DNA from: Candidatus Nomurabacteria bacterium | GTDB taxonomy: Bacteria; Patescibacteriota; Minisyncoccia; Phycocordibacterales; UBA9973 | Direction of reading: 5' to 3' | Assembly: GCA_023267315.1 (NCBI GenBank) | Contig: JAHFNN010000008.1 | Span: 1-38,670 of the forward strand | Length of the DNA: 38,670 nt | Part shown: positions 8,509 to 16,435 of the stretch, one piece after another | Numbering within the stretch: the first letter of the stretch is position 1 | How the letters are laid out: the number at the start of each line of letters is the position of its first letter | Notes under the pieces: generated by a model | Databases searched by the model: none | What the model saw: only the letters and a program-made list of their open reading frames with translations | What the model was told of the DNA's origin: nothing | Made by a program: the position numbers and the translations under genes

Positions 8509-9519
8509 ATGAATCGACGGATTCGAGTCTATGGTTTTAGAGTGTTTTTTTTACTTCTACTTATTGGTGGATCCTTTTTTGTTTCAAATGTCCGTGCTGC
8601 AGATATAATTAATGACAGTAATATAACGATACAACTAGACCCAAGTGCACCGGGACCATTTCAAGAAACAACCATTACATTGGTGAGCTACCTCGCTGAT
8701 TTGAATCAAGCTAAAATCACCTGGCAACAGGACGGGAAAAAAGTACTATCTAATATCGGGGCAAAAAGCTTCTCTTTTACTACTAAAGATGTGGGAAGCA
8801 CCACATCAATAACCGTTTTTATTGATATCTTAGGAAGCCCACTCATCACCAAACAACTTTCTGTAACACCAAATAACATCGACTTGTTGTGGGAGGCGAC
8901 GGATTCATACGTGCCGCCGTTTTACGAAGGGAAGGCGCTTCCGACATCTCAAAGTAAAGTACGAGTTGTTGCTATCCCAAATACTAATATAGGTAGTGGG
9001 GGTATTTCACCAGGAAATTTTGTGTACCAGTGGAAACTAAACTTCGACCCTGATCAAGATCAGTCAGGTTATTCAAAAAATGCATTCATATATGCTAACA
9101 GCTTCCTGAATAAATCAGATACGATATCGGTAACAGCATCATCTACAAGCGGAGGGGGAAGCGCTGATGCTTCAATTGATATTCCAATAAACAATCCATT
9201 GATACTTTTTTATGAAAATAACCCTCTTTTGGGCCTCGATTTTTCAAAAGCGCTCAACAATGGCTTTGATGTTACCGGTCGTGATGCACGAATTGTCGCG
9301 GAACCATTCTTCTTCTCACCGAAAGACCCAACATCAAATGAATTAACATACACATGGACAATGAACAACAATCCTATTAATACACCATCGACACCGAACC
9401 AGATTGCATTCTCTCGTACAGCTGACCAAACCGGCCAAAGTCGGATCTCATTATCAATTGATAGTGTTACCAAGCTTTATTTGAGTGCACAATCATTCTT
9501 CTTGATTAATCTAAAATAA
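8509..9519 (+). CDS. Secreted protein made of three ~100-aa beta/Ig-like modules; function unknown
   Basis: ATG 8509 gives MNRRIRVYGFRVFFLLLLIGGSFFVSNVRA, a signal peptide. The track start at 8485 is TTG and lies upstream of the -10 element. The three modules each carry an x(T/Y)xW strand (KITWQQD, FVYQWKLN, LTYTWTMN). The stop overlaps the next start (TAATG at 9517-9521). Confidence 0.65.
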   Translation: MNRRIRVYGFRVFFLLLLIGGSFFVSNVRAADIINDSNITIQLDPSAPGPFQETTITLVSYLADLNQAKITWQQDGKKVLSNIGAKSFSFTTKDVGSTTSITVFIDILGSPLITKQLSVTPNNIDLLWEATDSYVPPFYEGKALPTSQSKVRVVAIPNTNIGSGGISPGNFVYQWKLNFDPDQDQSGYSKNAFIYANSFLNKSDTISVTASSTSGGGSADASIDIPINNPLILFYENNPLLGLDFSKALNNGFDVTGRDARIVAEPFFFSPKDPTSNELTYTWTMNNNPINTPSTPNQIAFSRTADQTGQSRISLSIDSVTKLYLSAQSFFLINLK

Positions 9520-11138
9520 TGAATAAATTATTTAAAACAATATTCATAGTAATACTTTTATCTTTTTCTTTTGGAATTTCAGCGACTACTCATGCCGCGT
9601 CAGAAGAACATGCGGGATCGCTTAATCCAAAGGGGGATGTCAACTCAGAACAAGAAGCAAGAACTAATTACAGAACGGATTTTCTTTATTGTGATATTAC
9701 CAATTACAGCATATCTCCAAATGGCGATTCAAAAACAGATCCTCTGAACCCTCATATCGATGGTTCAATAGACTTTGACGGCGATACCTGGTATAGAGAT
9801 CGTGACACACTATACAAAAACGGTGATCAGCCAAAAGTCCATATCCAGCTCACAGCCGATAAATGTAAAGGTCTCAACATATATATTGCCGTACACTCTC
9901 TTGTAGTTAGCGCGGGTCCATTAGGAAATCCTTTGGCACTCATATGGGGACCGATAAAGGTTGACTCCGATCATAGAGTTTTTGACTTATATGCGCAGGC
10001 GGGGGCAATGCAGGGTATTTTTGCAAATAGAAACTGCTTAAAAGAAGTATGGGGTGTATGGGATTGTAAATTTGACGTGCAGGTGCTTGCTGCAAATTAT
10101 CAGTTTAGTAGCACTCATACTTCTTTAGTAATCTACGAGCCAGGAGTATTAGGGGAACCAAACTATCCGTCTCTTAATTATGATTGTAACGGGAGTTTCG
10201 CGGATATAGAATGTAAAGACGTCCCATGGAAAAAAATCACTCAAGATAGCCAGCTCTCGAGTGATACAATTATTCCTCTCGACCCCTCAAATCCCAACGG
10301 AAGTACAATCACTTATACCTACCTTCAACCATTACCAAATCCTGAAGGGGGTGGGAGTCTGAAAACATTCGATACATCAGACACATCATCTTTTGGTCAT
10401 TATGTGACAATCATAGTTGAATTTATTATTGGGATCAGTGCTGTCCTCGCAGTACTTATGATTATTATTGGAGGTATTCAATACATGACCAGTGAACTCA
10501 TTAGTAATAAAGAAGAGGCCAAAAGCCATATGACGGGTGCCATATTGGGACTTTTGATTGTTCTAGCTACTGTTGTGATCCTACAGACCATCAATCCAGA
10601 TATATTGAATTTAAATTTACAAAAAAGCTTTCCACCAGACTCAGTACTAGACACTGGGGGTGACACACCTCCACCGCCAGCAAATGATAATAATAAAACG
10701 ATGGTGTGTAAAAATCCTTCATATGAATCAGGGTCTACCTGGTTTGATGATAGCTCAACGAGACAACAGATTATTGCCCTCTTAAAAGATCCAAATATCA
10801 TCAATAAAAGTAATTGTGCAACAGTAGGTCAAAGTAACTGCACAAGTGTCTATAACCTTGATTATTCTGGATTTGCAGCCTTAATAACCAAGGGTAATTT
10901 TAAGGCTGGTGATTTAATCATAACCGGAGGAACAGAGTGCTGGCTTCATCAAACCCATAAACCAGGAACTGGAATTATGGATTTAAGTGTAACTCCTGCG
11001 TTAAAGGCATATGTTGAGAAGGGTTTATTGACTCAAAAAGACTGGGATGGTGGCAAGGCTCCGATGTACACAGTCGGCACTACTCAATTTATATACGAAA
11101 CAAAAGGTGGGCCTCACTATCACGTACGAAGATGGTAA
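9519..11138 (+). CDS. Secreted fusion protein: Cys-rich N-domain, embedded double-TM T4SS-pilin (VirB2/TrbC-like) motif, Cys-containing C-domain with a possible LAS-type peptidase signature
   Basis: The signal peptide is MNKLFKTIFIVILLSFSFGISATTHA. The pilin-like hairpin (nt ~10391-10600) reads VTIIVEFIIGISAVLAVLMIIIGGIQYMTSELISNKEEAKSHMTGAILGLLIVLATVVILQTINP. The C-domain contains LIITGGTECWLHQTHKPGTGIMDLS and a terminal GGPHYHVRRW. Confidence 0.6.
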   Translation: MNKLFKTIFIVILLSFSFGISATTHAASEEHAGSLNPKGDVNSEQEARTNYRTDFLYCDITNYSISPNGDSKTDPLNPHIDGSIDFDGDTWYRDRDTLYKNGDQPKVHIQLTADKCKGLNIYIAVHSLVVSAGPLGNPLALIWGPIKVDSDHRVFDLYAQAGAMQGIFANRNCLKEVWGVWDCKFDVQVLAANYQFSSTHTSLVIYEPGVLGEPNYPSLNYDCNGSFADIECKDVPWKKITQDSQLSSDTIIPLDPSNPNGSTITYTYLQPLPNPEGGGSLKTFDTSDTSSFGHYVTIIVEFIIGISAVLAVLMIIIGGIQYMTSELISNKEEAKSHMTGAILGLLIVLATVVILQTINPDILNLNLQKSFPPDSVLDTGGDTPPPPANDNNKTMVCKNPSYESGSTWFDDSSTRQQIIALLKDPNIINKSNCATVGQSNCTSVYNLDYSGFAALITKGNFKAGDLIITGGTECWLHQTHKPGTGIMDLSVTPALKAYVEKGLLTQKDWDGGKAPMYTVGTTQFIYETKGGPHYHVRRW

Positions 11139-11149
11139 TATAGCACTAT

Positions 11150-12517
11150 ATGTCACGCGCAAAAATAATTACAATCATTATTCTCATAATTTTCGTCCTC
11201 TTCGGAGTTTATTTCTTCTTCAGTAATAAAGGAGGGAATGGAGGCTCTTCCACCGATTCTGGATTTAAGAGTTTCTTCCCATTTGGAAAACAAACTACAA
11301 ATACAAACAACCAAACTACTCCATCAGATAGCACAACACCATCAGACACTACTCCGGTTGAAAATCCTCCTGTCGTACTTTCTTCTACAAGTAAACTACA
11401 ACAACTCACCAATCGCTCGGTTGCGGGAATGCTCCCTGTTGAAGAAACACGTCTCTCAAAAGACCAACCAGTCGTTGATCCAAATGCACCAAAAGTATTC
11501 GGAGTAAAACCACCCGCACCAAAAACGGAAGTCGCAACAGCGGTACGATATATGGAGCGGGGGACTGCACATATTTTTGATATATTCCCCGACACCAAAC
11601 AGGAGCTCCGCGTTTCCAATACCACCATTCCACGCATTCACGATGCCACGTTTGGCAAAGATGGCGCATCTGTCATCTTCCGATTCTTAGACACTGATAA
11701 TACGACGATAAAGACCTACAGCGCACAAATAACTACCGCAAAAGATCTCACTCAAGGTACCGGGACACTAGATCTGCCACCACTTAAAGGAGCTTTTCTG
11801 GCAGATGACATACCGAATATAACAATATCAACCGACGGCACAAAAATGTTTTATCTATCCAAGTTCAATACTGGTGTTGTGGGAAACCTATCACTGCTCG
11901 ATGGCACAAAAAAAACTACTGTGTTCGACTCAGCCTTTACTGATTGGTTGCCGCGCTTTGCCAATAGTCGCCAAGTACTCCTTGTATCAAAAGCATCAGG
12001 ACTTGCTCTCGGCTCAGCGTATATTCTTGATACTCAGACAAAAACCTACGGAAATATTCTCTCGGGTGTCACTGGACTTACGGGGCTTCTCTCTCCTGAC
12101 AACAAACTGTTCCTATATGCGGTAGGAGGAACAGGGAAAATGGATTTGAATTTAATTACTGTAAGTTCAAAAACAAATACAGGTTTAAATATATCTACTC
12201 TTCCAGAAAAGTGTGTGTGGACAAAAGACAGTAAAACAATCTACTGCGCGGTACCAAAACAATTACTTCAAAATTCTATTTACCCAGATGCGTGGTATCA
12301 AGGTCTTGAATCATGGAGTGACTCACTATATAAAATCGATGTAAAAAGTGGCCAAGTGCAGATGATCGAGCCACTCTCGGTAGGGGACGGAATTGATGCG
12401 ACAAACCTCGAATTGAATGTGAAAGAAAACTATCTTGTATTTATCAATAAAAAGGATTCAACACTGTGGAGTTTCGATCTTACTCCAGCAGCAACCGGTA
12501 CAGGAAAAACACAATAA
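11150..12517 (+). CDS. N-terminally membrane-anchored protein with a probable beta-propeller (TolB/PD40-like) ectodomain; function unknown
   Basis: The TM anchor is IITIIILIIFVLFGVYFFF, followed by a T/S/P-rich linker. Repetitive beta-strand-like segments follow (KMFYLSKF..., KLFLYAVGG..., KTIYCAVP..., NYLVFINKKDSTLWSFD). This is the last gene before the terminator. Confidence 0.5.
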   Translation: MSRAKIITIIILIIFVLFGVYFFFSNKGGNGGSSTDSGFKSFFPFGKQTTNTNNQTTPSDSTTPSDTTPVENPPVVLSSTSKLQQLTNRSVAGMLPVEETRLSKDQPVVDPNAPKVFGVKPPAPKTEVATAVRYMERGTAHIFDIFPDTKQELRVSNTTIPRIHDATFGKDGASVIFRFLDTDNTTIKTYSAQITTAKDLTQGTGTLDLPPLKGAFLADDIPNITISTDGTKMFYLSKFNTGVVGNLSLLDGTKKTTVFDSAFTDWLPRFANSRQVLLVSKASGLALGSAYILDTQTKTYGNILSGVTGLTGLLSPDNKLFLYAVGGTGKMDLNLITVSSKTNTGLNISTLPEKCVWTKDSKTIYCAVPKQLLQNSIYPDAWYQGLESWSDSLYKIDVKSGQVQMIEPLSVGDGIDATNLELNVKENYLVFINKKDSTLWSFDLTPAATGTGKTQ

Positions 12518-12531
12518 ATGAAAAGCTAAAT

Positions 12532-12565
12532 AAAAAATACCCTGCTTATGGCAGGGTATTTTTTA
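12532..12565. terminator. Bidirectional intrinsic terminator between the T4SS-like cluster and jag
   Basis: AAAAAATACCCTGC-TTATG-GCAGGGTATTTTTT. It has an A-run on one side and a T-run on the other. The T-run overlaps the jag stop codon. Confidence 0.8.
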
Positions 12566-13030
12566 TTGTTCAATGTATTTCACCACAACTCGTCGATCTC
12601 TTCCTTCTCCGACTGATTCTGTTTTGATATTAGGGACATTTTGTAAAAATGTATGCACAACCTTTCGTTCATAGGCACTCATTGGATCAATTTCAACACT
12701 TGATTTGAAAAATTTTGCTCGTTCAGCCATCATATGGGCGATCGTCTTTAAATTATCATTCTTCTTTTTTTGATACTCATTTACATCAATCGTAACATCA
12801 GGCATCACTTCACCTTCTACTGCAGCGCCATCAATGAGCTTTTTAGCGAGGTGATTGAGTGCCATGAGCGATTCACCCTCTCGTCCCAAAAAGAGGTGTG
12901 GTTCATTGGTTTTAACACTAAACCACATACTGCCGTCATCAGCATTAAAAACACTCGAAACCTCTTCCACATGGAAGCTCGTCTTTTCAAGAAGTTCTTT
13001 GACTATGGTATTTATTTTATCTGTTTGCAT
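12563..13030 (-). CDS. jag: Jag/KhpB-type R3H-domain RNA-binding protein
   Basis: The C-terminal R3H region is MSAYERKVVHTFLQNVPNIKTESVGEGRDRRVVV. It occupies the canonical position downstream of yidC. Confidence 0.85.
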   Translation of the reverse strand: MQTDKINTIVKELLEKTSFHVEEVSSVFNADDGSMWFSVKTNEPHLFLGREGESLMALNHLAKKLIDGAAVEGEVMPDVTIDVNEYQKKKNDNLKTIAHMMAERAKFFKSSVEIDPMSAYERKVVHTFLQNVPNIKTESVGEGRDRRVVVKYIEQ

Positions 13031-13036
13031 ATTAGT

Positions 13037-13777
13037 TTATATCTTAGTTACATTCGCAAGCATCTTTCTACGAACTACGCGCTCTTGAATGATGCTAAAC
13101 ATATTACTCGTGATCAAATAAAGTGCAACTGCAGCTTTATATTGGTAGGCGATGTATGTGATGAGGAGGGGAATTGTATATTGCATTTGCTTCGTCATAT
13201 TCTTACCAAGCTCTTCACCAAATGAAGTTTTCTTTTCTGTAACTACAATTTCTTTTGGTTTTGGTACGATATTTTTATTCATCATCCACAACTGAAAGGC
13301 CTGTACACCACCAGCAATAACCGCAAGGAAAATATTTTTTGCATCAAGATTTATAAAACCAAACAAGTGCATACTGAAATTTGAAGGGAAGTGCACAAAT
13401 GAGTAGAGCGGATCGGTATGCGCGGCAAGCGAACGAAATACAAAATACAATGCAACAATGATCGGAAATTGAAGCAGGGTAGGGAGGCATCCAGAAAATG
13501 GGCTAACTCCATGCTCTTTGTAGAGTGCCATGGTTTGGTTTGCCTGTTCTTTTTTGTCAGGATACTTGGCTTTTATTTTTTCAATCTCTGGTTCAAGCTT
13601 CTTGAGCTCAGTCTGACTTTTGATTGATTTCTGAGAAAGAGGGAAGATAATAAACTTCACGAGAACAGTGAGAATGATGACCGCGAGGCCAACATCACCT
13701 CCCGGCATTATCCCCGTAATAAAAATAAGCGCATTGTATAATGGCTTATAAAAAATAGTGATCCAAAGTGCGTGCAT
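13037..13777 (-). CDS. yidC: Membrane protein insertase YidC (short, Gram-positive/Oxa1-like form)
   Basis: A multi-TM protein containing KLEPEIEKIKAKYPDKKEQANQTMALYKEHGVSPFSGCLPTLLQFPI. It sits in the rnpA-yidD-yidC-jag context. Confidence 0.9.
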   Translation of the reverse strand: MHALWITIFYKPLYNALIFITGIMPGGDVGLAVIILTVLVKFIIFPLSQKSIKSQTELKKLEPEIEKIKAKYPDKKEQANQTMALYKEHGVSPFSGCLPTLLQFPIIVALYFVFRSLAAHTDPLYSFVHFPSNFSMHLFGFINLDAKNIFLAVIAGGVQAFQLWMMNKNIVPKPKEIVVTEKKTSFGEELGKNMTKQMQYTIPLLITYIAYQYKAAVALYLITSNMFSIIQERVVRRKMLANVTKI

Positions 13778-13840
13778 TCGCTCATTCTATCTCGCTTAGC
13801 ACAATAAATCAACGTTGCCGTAAAATTATTAAATGGTCTG

Positions 13841-14080
13841 TTATAAAAGAGGGTCGTAATGATTTTTCTGCCATGGATGACATCGAGAAATTCGGCGTAA
13901 TCCAAGCCCCACCCCTTTGATTGAGCCGTATTTTTGAATAGCTAAAATCATATATTCTGAGCACCTTGGGGTGAAAACACAGCTCGTTCCACGGGTCAGA
14001 CCTAGTTTCCGGGGAAGACCCTGATCTGGAGAGAGGATTTTTTGATATACCTTTATAAGGAAAATGAGTATTTGCTTCAT
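13841..14080 (-). CDS. yidD: Membrane protein insertion efficiency factor YidD
   Basis: KVYQKILSP...CVFTPRCSEYMILAIQKYGSIKGVGLGLRRISRCHPW is the typical YidD sequence. Confidence 0.9.
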   Translation of the reverse strand: MKQILIFLIKVYQKILSPDQGLPRKLGLTRGTSCVFTPRCSEYMILAIQKYGSIKGVGLGLRRISRCHPWQKNHYDPLL

Positions 14081-14100
14081 TTTTAAGTGTTTTTTGTTTA

Positions 14101-14436
14101 TTACTTCAAAAGTCGGGCAGAGGTAAGGAGTTGTTTTATTTCTCCTTGAATTTCAAGGAATGTAAGTTTTTCAGCCCCTTTTTTAAAGAAAAAGAGCGCT
14201 TTGACTGGGGGGAGAGCCCCCACATAGGACTCTATAGCAGAATAGCCTTTCCTTCTAAGGGTATTTCTAGAAATAGCGCTCTTGGATACCGCCTTTGGTA
14301 CCACAAAGGAGAAGGTGGGGATATCCTTGGGGATAAAGGTATATCTTAGAGATATGTGTTGATTTGTAAGGCTTTTTCCAGCTTGAAGTGCCTCGGTGAA
14401 TGAGGTTTTAGTGTTTCTATTTTTTTTGGGCAACAT
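14101..14436 (-). CDS. rnpA: Ribonuclease P protein component
   Basis: A basic 111-aa protein immediately downstream of rpmH, with a FVVPKAVSKSAISRNTLRRK-type RNR-like motif. Confidence 0.85.
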   Translation of the reverse strand: MLPKKNRNTKTSFTEALQAGKSLTNQHISLRYTFIPKDIPTFSFVVPKAVSKSAISRNTLRRKGYSAIESYVGALPPVKALFFFKKGAEKLTFLEIQGEIKQLLTSARLLK

Positions 14437-14439
14437 AGC

Positions 14440-14574
14440 CTAGACAGTGAGCTTTTTTCGGCCCTTTTGGCGACGGCGCTTGAGAGTATTTCGGCCGTTC
14501 TTAGATCGGCTGCGGACGAGAAATCCGTGTGTAGTCTTTCTTTTTCGCTTTTTTGGTTTATATGTTTGAGACAT
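14440..14574 (-). CDS. rpmH: 50S ribosomal protein L34 (below the ORF-track size cut-off)
   Basis: Manual translation of the minus strand gives [44 protein letters not shown] followed by a stop, which fits the L34 consensus. Confidence 0.92.
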   Translation of the reverse strand: MSQTYKPKKRKRKTTHGFLVRSRSKNGRNTLKRRRQKGRKKLTV

Positions 14575-14721
14575 AGTATTTTATAAATCGAAATATGACG
14601 TGTAGGCTTGCTTACTGCGTACCCACCACGTATACTGTCGGTAATTAATCTGTAGGTGGAGTGTATACTATTATTTAAAATAAATCAACTGAACTCTTGC
14701 ACAGATACGATAGCTGTGTTC

Positions 14722-14781
14722 TGGGGATAAGAAATCCCTTTATAATATAGACATATTTTCGTTTTGCACAGATTATTCACA
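14722..14781. promoter_or_regulatory. DnaA-box-like sites in the rpmH-dnaA intergenic region
   Basis: TGGGGATAA at 14722-14730 has one mismatch to TGTGGATAA. TTATTCACA at 14773-14781 fits TTATNCACA. TATAAT lies at 14825-14830. Confidence 0.5.
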
Positions 14782-14850
14782 TACTTAGACTCTTTTTTAA
14801 ATTTTATATTTAATCGGTAAAGACTATAATGGCACTATAAAATAAAACAT

Positions 14851-16200
14851 ATGGTTGACACAAAACAACTTTGGGATAATTGCCTTTCAGAAATAGAAGT
14901 CGCGGTATCAAAGCCAAACTTCAGCACGTGGTTTAAAAACACACATATATTTAAGGAAGAGGGAGGTACTGTATACGTGGGAGTTCCAAACGAATTCGTA
15001 CGCGACTGGCTTTCTAATAAATATCATAAGCTTATTCTAAAAACACTGACGGCTTTTTCTGATTCAATTCGTGGAGTTACTTTTGTAATTACCAAAAACA
15101 CCCCTCAATCTGATAAAAAGAGCAACCAAGATCAACCAGTCAGTCTCAATAAAGAACTTCCACTCCAAGATCTCTATATAAACAAAGAGGATAATTTAAA
15201 CCCTCGATATGTATTTGATACCTTTATTGTCGGTCCATTCAATGAATTAGCGTATGCGGCTTCCCAGGCTATCATTAACAAGCCTGGTGCTGTTTATAAT
15301 CCACTCTTCATCTATGGAGGCACAGGACTCGGTAAAACCCACCTAATCCAAGCAATGGGGAACGCTATTAAAAATAGGTACCCAGACAAGAAGGTGCACT
15401 ATATTACACTTGAAAAATTCGCGATTGACTATGTGAACTCAGTGCAAAGCAATAAACCAAACATCTTTAAAGAGAAATATCGTAAATATGACGTCATCAT
15501 CATGGATGATATTCAATTCCTCTCTGGAAAAGAAAGAACTCAGGAAGAATTATTCCATTTGTTTAATACCTTATATGAAAATAATAAGCAGATTATCTTC
15601 TCATCTGATAAACACCCAAACTATATTCCAGGACTCGAAGATCGTTTAAAATCTCGATTTTCCCAAGGAATGATTGTTGATATTAGTGAACCAGAGTATG
15701 AATCACGTATCGCAATCTTGCGAGCCAAACTAAGAGACGCTAATGTGTCTCTTACAGATGAAGTTGTGTCTTATATCGCATCATCAATTCAAGGCAATGT
15801 CCGTGAACTCGAGGGGAGTCTAAATGTTGTTATTATGCAGGCTCAATTGAAAAATAAGCCTTTTTCATTAGCTGAAGTAAAAGGACTTATAAAAAACAAT
15901 ATAAAACCTAAGAAAAATGTTGCTATTAAAGATGTAGTGAAGGCGATTGCTGACTTTTATAATATTGAAGAAGCAATTGTGTATGAAAAGACTCGTCGAA
16001 AAGAAATTGTGAAGGCACGACAAATGATTATGTATGTACTTCGTGAAGATTTTAATGTTTCATACCCACTCATTGGACAAAAACTAGGAGGGAAGGATCA
16101 CACAACAGTTATTCACTCATTTGAAAAAATTAAAAATGATTTAAAAAACAACCCAACACTCACTGGAGAGCTGGAACAGATTCGTGTGTTGTTTAAATGA
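14851..16200 (+). CDS. dnaA: Chromosomal replication initiator protein DnaA
   Basis: The AAA+ Walker A is GGTGLGKTHL and Walker B is IIMDDIQF. The C-terminal DNA-binding domain contains RQMIMYVLRE...GGKDHTTVIHSFEKI. Confidence 0.97.
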   Translation: MVDTKQLWDNCLSEIEVAVSKPNFSTWFKNTHIFKEEGGTVYVGVPNEFVRDWLSNKYHKLILKTLTAFSDSIRGVTFVITKNTPQSDKKSNQDQPVSLNKELPLQDLYINKEDNLNPRYVFDTFIVGPFNELAYAASQAIINKPGAVYNPLFIYGGTGLGKTHLIQAMGNAIKNRYPDKKVHYITLEKFAIDYVNSVQSNKPNIFKEKYRKYDVIIMDDIQFLSGKERTQEELFHLFNTLYENNKQIIFSSDKHPNYIPGLEDRLKSRFSQGMIVDISEPEYESRIAILRAKLRDANVSLTDEVVSYIASSIQGNVRELEGSLNVVIMQAQLKNKPFSLAEVKGLIKNNIKPKKNVAIKDVVKAIADFYNIEEAIVYEKTRRKEIVKARQMIMYVLREDFNVSYPLIGQKLGGKDHTTVIHSFEKIKNDLKNNPTLTGELEQIRVLFK

Positions 16201-16393
16201 TGTGAATAACGATGTGGATATTAATAGATAATGTGTGGGGAGATTGTGAGTTAGTGTAGTAAAAGAGGTAGTGGTAAAAATTTTTTAAAATAGTTATCCT
16301 TTGTTAAATTTTTTATTCACAGGTAGTTGATTTAAAAAACTGATTAAAACACTTACATATAAAGGATTTATAAATCTTATCCACATATCCACA
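16201..16393. promoter_or_regulatory. oriC-type DnaA-box cluster with an AT-rich tract between dnaA and dnaN
   Basis: The boxes are TGTGAATAA 16201-16209, TGTGGATAT 16213-16221, TTATTCACA 16313-16321, a perfect TTATCCACA 16377-16385 and ATATCCACA 16385-16393. An AT-rich stretch lies at 16276-16345. Confidence 0.7.
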
Positions 16394-16435
16394 CCACTAG
16401 TAATTATAGTAAGTATTTAATAAGAAAAGATACAT

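Noticed and set aside
1-12565. Integrated conjugative or mobile element
   Set aside because: No integrase, transposase, relaxase, coupling protein, flanking direct repeats or tRNA target is visible, and the composition is similar to the rest of the window. The left boundary is outside the window, so this remains open.
12770-13225. 151-aa plus-strand ORF overlapping jag and yidC
   Set aside because: It is antisense to two well-supported conserved genes and spans their intergenic junction.
16198-16200. Alternative genetic code (UGA recoding, as in some candidate phyla)
   Set aside because: TGA terminates dnaA at the expected length, and conserved genes (virB4, polA, PBP, pilB) are uninterrupted under the standard code.
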